DNA of 64,000 nucleotides from NCBI GenBank assembly GCA_963847655.1, contig CAWKAS010000002.1:705729-769728 (forward strand). The letters are read 5' to 3'. Positions 61,085-64,000 of this stretch are shown here, one piece after another. Every line of letters starts with the position of its first letter. Positions within the stretch are counted from its first letter, which is position 1. The notes beneath the pieces were generated by a model. It made no database searches, was not told the DNA's origin, and saw only the letters and a program-made list of their open reading frames with translations. The DNA is from an uncultured Acidobacteriota bacterium. Lineage in GTDB: Bacteria > Acidobacteriota > Vicinamibacteria > Fen-336. Both the position numbers and the translations under genes were made by a program.

Positions 61085-62940
61085 TCAGCCGGTGGCGGGG
61101 TCGGCTCCCTCCCGCTGCTGCAGGATCTGCAGCCGGCGCTGGAGGAAGACGTTCTCGAGGGCGATCCCGGCCTGATGGACGAAGACCTCGAGGGCCTCGA
61201 GGCCGGCGATCGGGCGGCCCGACTCCGGGTTGTCCCCGAACAGGAGCGCGATCGTCTCGCGGTGGGCCTGAAGGGGGAGCAGCGCGATCCCTCCCGACTG
61301 GAAGCGACCGATGCGGCCCATCAGGTGGCCGGACCAGCGGTCCGGGGGCAGGTGCCCGGCAAAGGGCCGGCGGCTGGAGGCCACGTCGCGGAAGACCGAC
61401 GGCTGGCCGAGCGGGATCGTGATCTGGCGGGCGAGGAGGTTGAGCGTCTCCTCCCGCGGCGCCAGACCGAAGCCCCCGAGCCCGCGGGCCTGGTCGTTCT
61501 TGACCACGAAGAGGATGGACCGCTCGAAGAACTCGCGGGCCACCTTCATGACGAGGGCCGCGATCTCGTTGGCGTCTCCCGGCTGCCGGAGGTCGCGGAG
61601 CCGACGCTTCAGAAACTCGAAGGGTCGGAGGGCGTCCTCCGCGGGGGGACCGGCGGCGCCGGCCTCCGCCGGGTGCTTCGCCTGGGGCGGCGGCGGCACC
61701 CGGCGCAGCGAGGCCACCTCGGCCAGGCTCGGCAGCACGTCGGAGGCGAGCTTGCCGGCGAAGGCCGAGAGGTCGGCCTCGAACTGGCGGGGATTGAGCT
61801 TGCTGAGCGTGGGCTTGAAGACGAAGACCTGGATGCCCATCTGACGTGCCCGCAGGCGCAGCGACTGGTTGAGGCTCTCCGTCATCATGAGGACCGGGGG
61901 ACGGAGGTTCATCTTCCAGAGTCGCTTGACCACCTCGAAGCCGCCGTGGAACGACGCCCCCCCGGAGGACGGCATCCCCAGGTCCGTCACGAGGATGAAG
62001 GGCACGCCCTCCGACCTGAGCCGCCCCGCGAGCCTGGCCGCGGCCGCCGGGTCGCCCGCTTCCTCGGTGCGGTAGCCGGCGGCGGCGAAGTGACCCCGCA
62101 GGATGCCGCGCACGTCGGCCTCGTCGTCCACGAGGAGCAGGGCCGGGGACCCGGCCTCGGCGGGGGGCGCGGGGGCTTCAGGCGACGGGGGCGGCGCCTC
62201 TCCCCCCGCGGCCTCCCCCGGCACGACAGGCGCGGGCGACGGGGGCGCGGCCGGCGCTGCGGGGGGCCGAACGGAGGCGGAGGGCGCGATCGTCTCGTCG
62301 GGTCCCGCCGGCCTGTCTCGCTCCTTCGGGCGCGCGGGGGCCGCCGGCGTCTCGGCCTCGACGGGCGGCGTCTCGACCAGCGCGGACAGCGCGGTCGTTG
62401 CCGTCGGGTCCGCCGCGGCCTCGACGGTCACCAGGACGGGAGCGGTGTCGGGGTCGCGGTCCAGGACGCCCTCCTCCGGCGCCGCGAAGGAGGCCTCGAC
62501 CGCCGCCGCCGACTCGACCAGGCCCTCGTCCATCCCCGCGGCCAGGTCGAGGAGCAGGTCCTGGGGATTGATGCCGCCCGCCAGGGTCTCGGTGGTGAGG
62601 TCTCGCGAGCCCAGCATGCGGGGGATCTCGTCGGAGAGCTCGAAGCCGAAGGCCCCCTCCCTCAGACGGGCCAGGCGCTCGAGGGCCAGGATGATCCGGG
62701 ATCGGAGCACGGGCTCGCGCTCCTCCGGGGGCAGACTCGCGGACCGGGGGTCGGCCGGGGGGGACCCGGCGGTGAAGGCGGCGACGACGAGGCCCTCCCG
62801 GAAGACGATGCCGCCCTCGCCCCCCTCCATCTCGATCGCCAGGTATCCCGTCTTCCTGCTGAACGAGACGATCTGCATGATGTCGAGGAGGGGCAGGTCC
62901 TCGAGATTGCCGGTCAGGCTCAAGCGGTCTCCCCGCGCAT
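61085..62940 (-). CDS. DUF4388 (N-terminal) - Pro/Ala linker - response-regulator receiver - GAF-like protein
   Basis: LSLTGNLEDLPLLDIMQIVSFSRKTGYL (DUF4388 signature) and a receiver-like region (ALLLVDDEADVRGIL…) are present. The ATG at 62940 is preferred over the TTG at 62923. Confidence 0.65.
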
Positions 62941-62984
62941 GGTCCGTCTACCGTGGGCGGTGCGGACCAGCAGTCCCACGGATT

Positions 62985-63989
62985 CTATACCGTGGCCAGT
63001 ATCTCCTCGGCCATGCGGTCGAGCGGAACGACCCGGGACACGACCCCGGCCGCGATCGCCGCCTTGGGCATGCCGTAGATCACACAGGTGTCCTCGGACT
63101 CGGCCAGGGTCTGTCCACCTGCCGCCTGGATGGCCCGCAGGCCCTCGGTGCCGTCGGCGCCCATCCCGGTGAGGACCACCCCCACCGTGCGCGGCCCGTA
63201 GGCCGCGGCGGCCGAGGCCATGACCACGTCGGCCGAAGGCCGGTGGAGCGCGTCCCGGGGCTCCTCGTCGAGAACGATCCGCACCCGGGCGCCGCTGCGC
63301 TTCAGCCGGCTGTGGATCCCGGCGGGCGCGATGATCACGCGGCCTGGCTCGACGAGGTCTCCGTCGGCCGCCTCACGGACCGGGATGGCGCTGCGGGCGT
63401 CGAGCCGCTCGGCCAGCGAGCGGGTGAAGCCGCGCGGGATGTGCTGGACGATGAGGATCGTCGCGCGCAGTCCGGCGGGCAAGGCGGAGACCAGGGACTG
63501 GAGTCCGGAGGGCCCGCCGGTCGAGGCGGCGATCACCACCACCTCGGCCCCCCTTCCCCTGGCGGAGGGGGCGGGGAGCGCGCGGCCCGGGCGACGGGCC
63601 TTGACGCGCGCCCGGCCCAGGGCGCGCACCTTCTCAAGGAGCTCCCGGGTGAGGCTGAGCATGCTCATGGGCTCGACGCTCGACTTGTCCACGAAGTCCA
63701 TCGCCCCGAGCTCGAGGGCGCGCAGCGTCACCTCCGCCCCCTCCTGGGTGAGCGAGGAGAGGAGCAGCACGGGGACGGGGCGCTCGACCATGAGACGCTC
63801 GAGCGTCTCGAGGCCACCGAGCCTCGGCATCTTGATGTCGAGGGTGACGACGTCGGGCCGCAGCTCGCGGGCGAGGGTGAGGCCCTCCTCGCCGTCGGCG
63901 GCGGTCCCCACCACCTCGATGTCCGCCCCCTCGCCCAGCATCCGCACGACCGCGCTGCGCACGAAGGCAGAGTCGTCCACGACCAGCAC
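62985..63989 (-). CDS. cheB: chemotaxis response regulator protein-glutamate methylesterase CheB (the 5' end may extend toward the window edge)
   Basis: Receiver domain (VVDDSAFVR…DIKMP) and methylesterase domain (VVIAASTGGP…IVQHIP…). Confidence 0.85.
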   Translation of the reverse strand: MLVVDDSAFVRSAVVRMLGEGADIEVVGTAADGEEGLTLARELRPDVVTLDIKMPRLGGLETLERLMVERPVPVLLLSSLTQEGAEVTLRALELGAMDFVDKSSVEPMSMLSLTRELLEKVRALGRARVKARRPGRALPAPSARGRGAEVVVIAASTGGPSGLQSLVSALPAGLRATILIVQHIPRGFTRSLAERLDARSAIPVREAADGDLVEPGRVIIAPAGIHSRLKRSGARVRIVLDEEPRDALHRPSADVVMASAAAAYGPRTVGVVLTGMGADGTEGLRAIQAAGGQTLAESEDTCVIYGMPKAAIAAGVVSRVVPLDRMAEEILATV

Positions 63990-64000
63990 GCGGATCCTTC

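Overview
This is a very GC-rich (~70%) bacterial chromosomal window. The gene content (a DUF4388/receiver protein, a Ser/Thr kinase fused to PilZ, many VWA proteins, CheB) suggests Myxococcota/Deltaproteobacteria or a similar soil lineage, but that is an inference only. The left half (1-31 kb) is housekeeping or ordinary accessory DNA: a partial waaA, a ferredoxin, fucU-fucP, an OPT transporter, a gap-pgk-tpiA-secG block, queG, an ABC-2 exporter, dus, a Ser/Thr kinase, an aldehyde dehydrogenase and rluA. It is sprinkled with a family of ~71-nt palindromic intergenic repeats. The centre (32.0-46.3 kb) is a sedentary chromosomal integron. It has an integron integrase (intI, + strand) that is co-oriented with, and upstream of, an array of 17 gene cassettes bounded by 16 highly homogeneous ~103-bp attC sites, plus an attI candidate with direct repeats. 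The cassettes encode small secreted, membrane or hypothetical proteins, a duplicated DoxX cassette, and five toxin-antitoxin pairs (HicAB, DUF4258/DUF2283, VapBC, ParDE-like, DUF433/DUF5615). An IS91-family element (Y2 HUH transposase plus companion tyrosine recombinase) sits between hicA and its attC, and a second, truncated copy terminates the array. The right part (48-64 kb) carries an MDR oxidoreductase, an ABC-F ATPase, an MFS transporter, a gluzincin lipoprotein, a TonB-dependent receptor, a AAA+/VWA pair followed by an ArsC/Spx-family gene, and a GAF / DUF4388-receiver / CheB module. The ArsC/Spx-family gene has an in-frame TGA at the CxxC position, so it is a selenoprotein (UxxC) candidate with downstream hairpins. 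Two genes (dus and an ABC-2 permease) carry 1-nt homopolymer frameshifts. All calls come from reading the sequence and ORF translations by eye; no searches were run.
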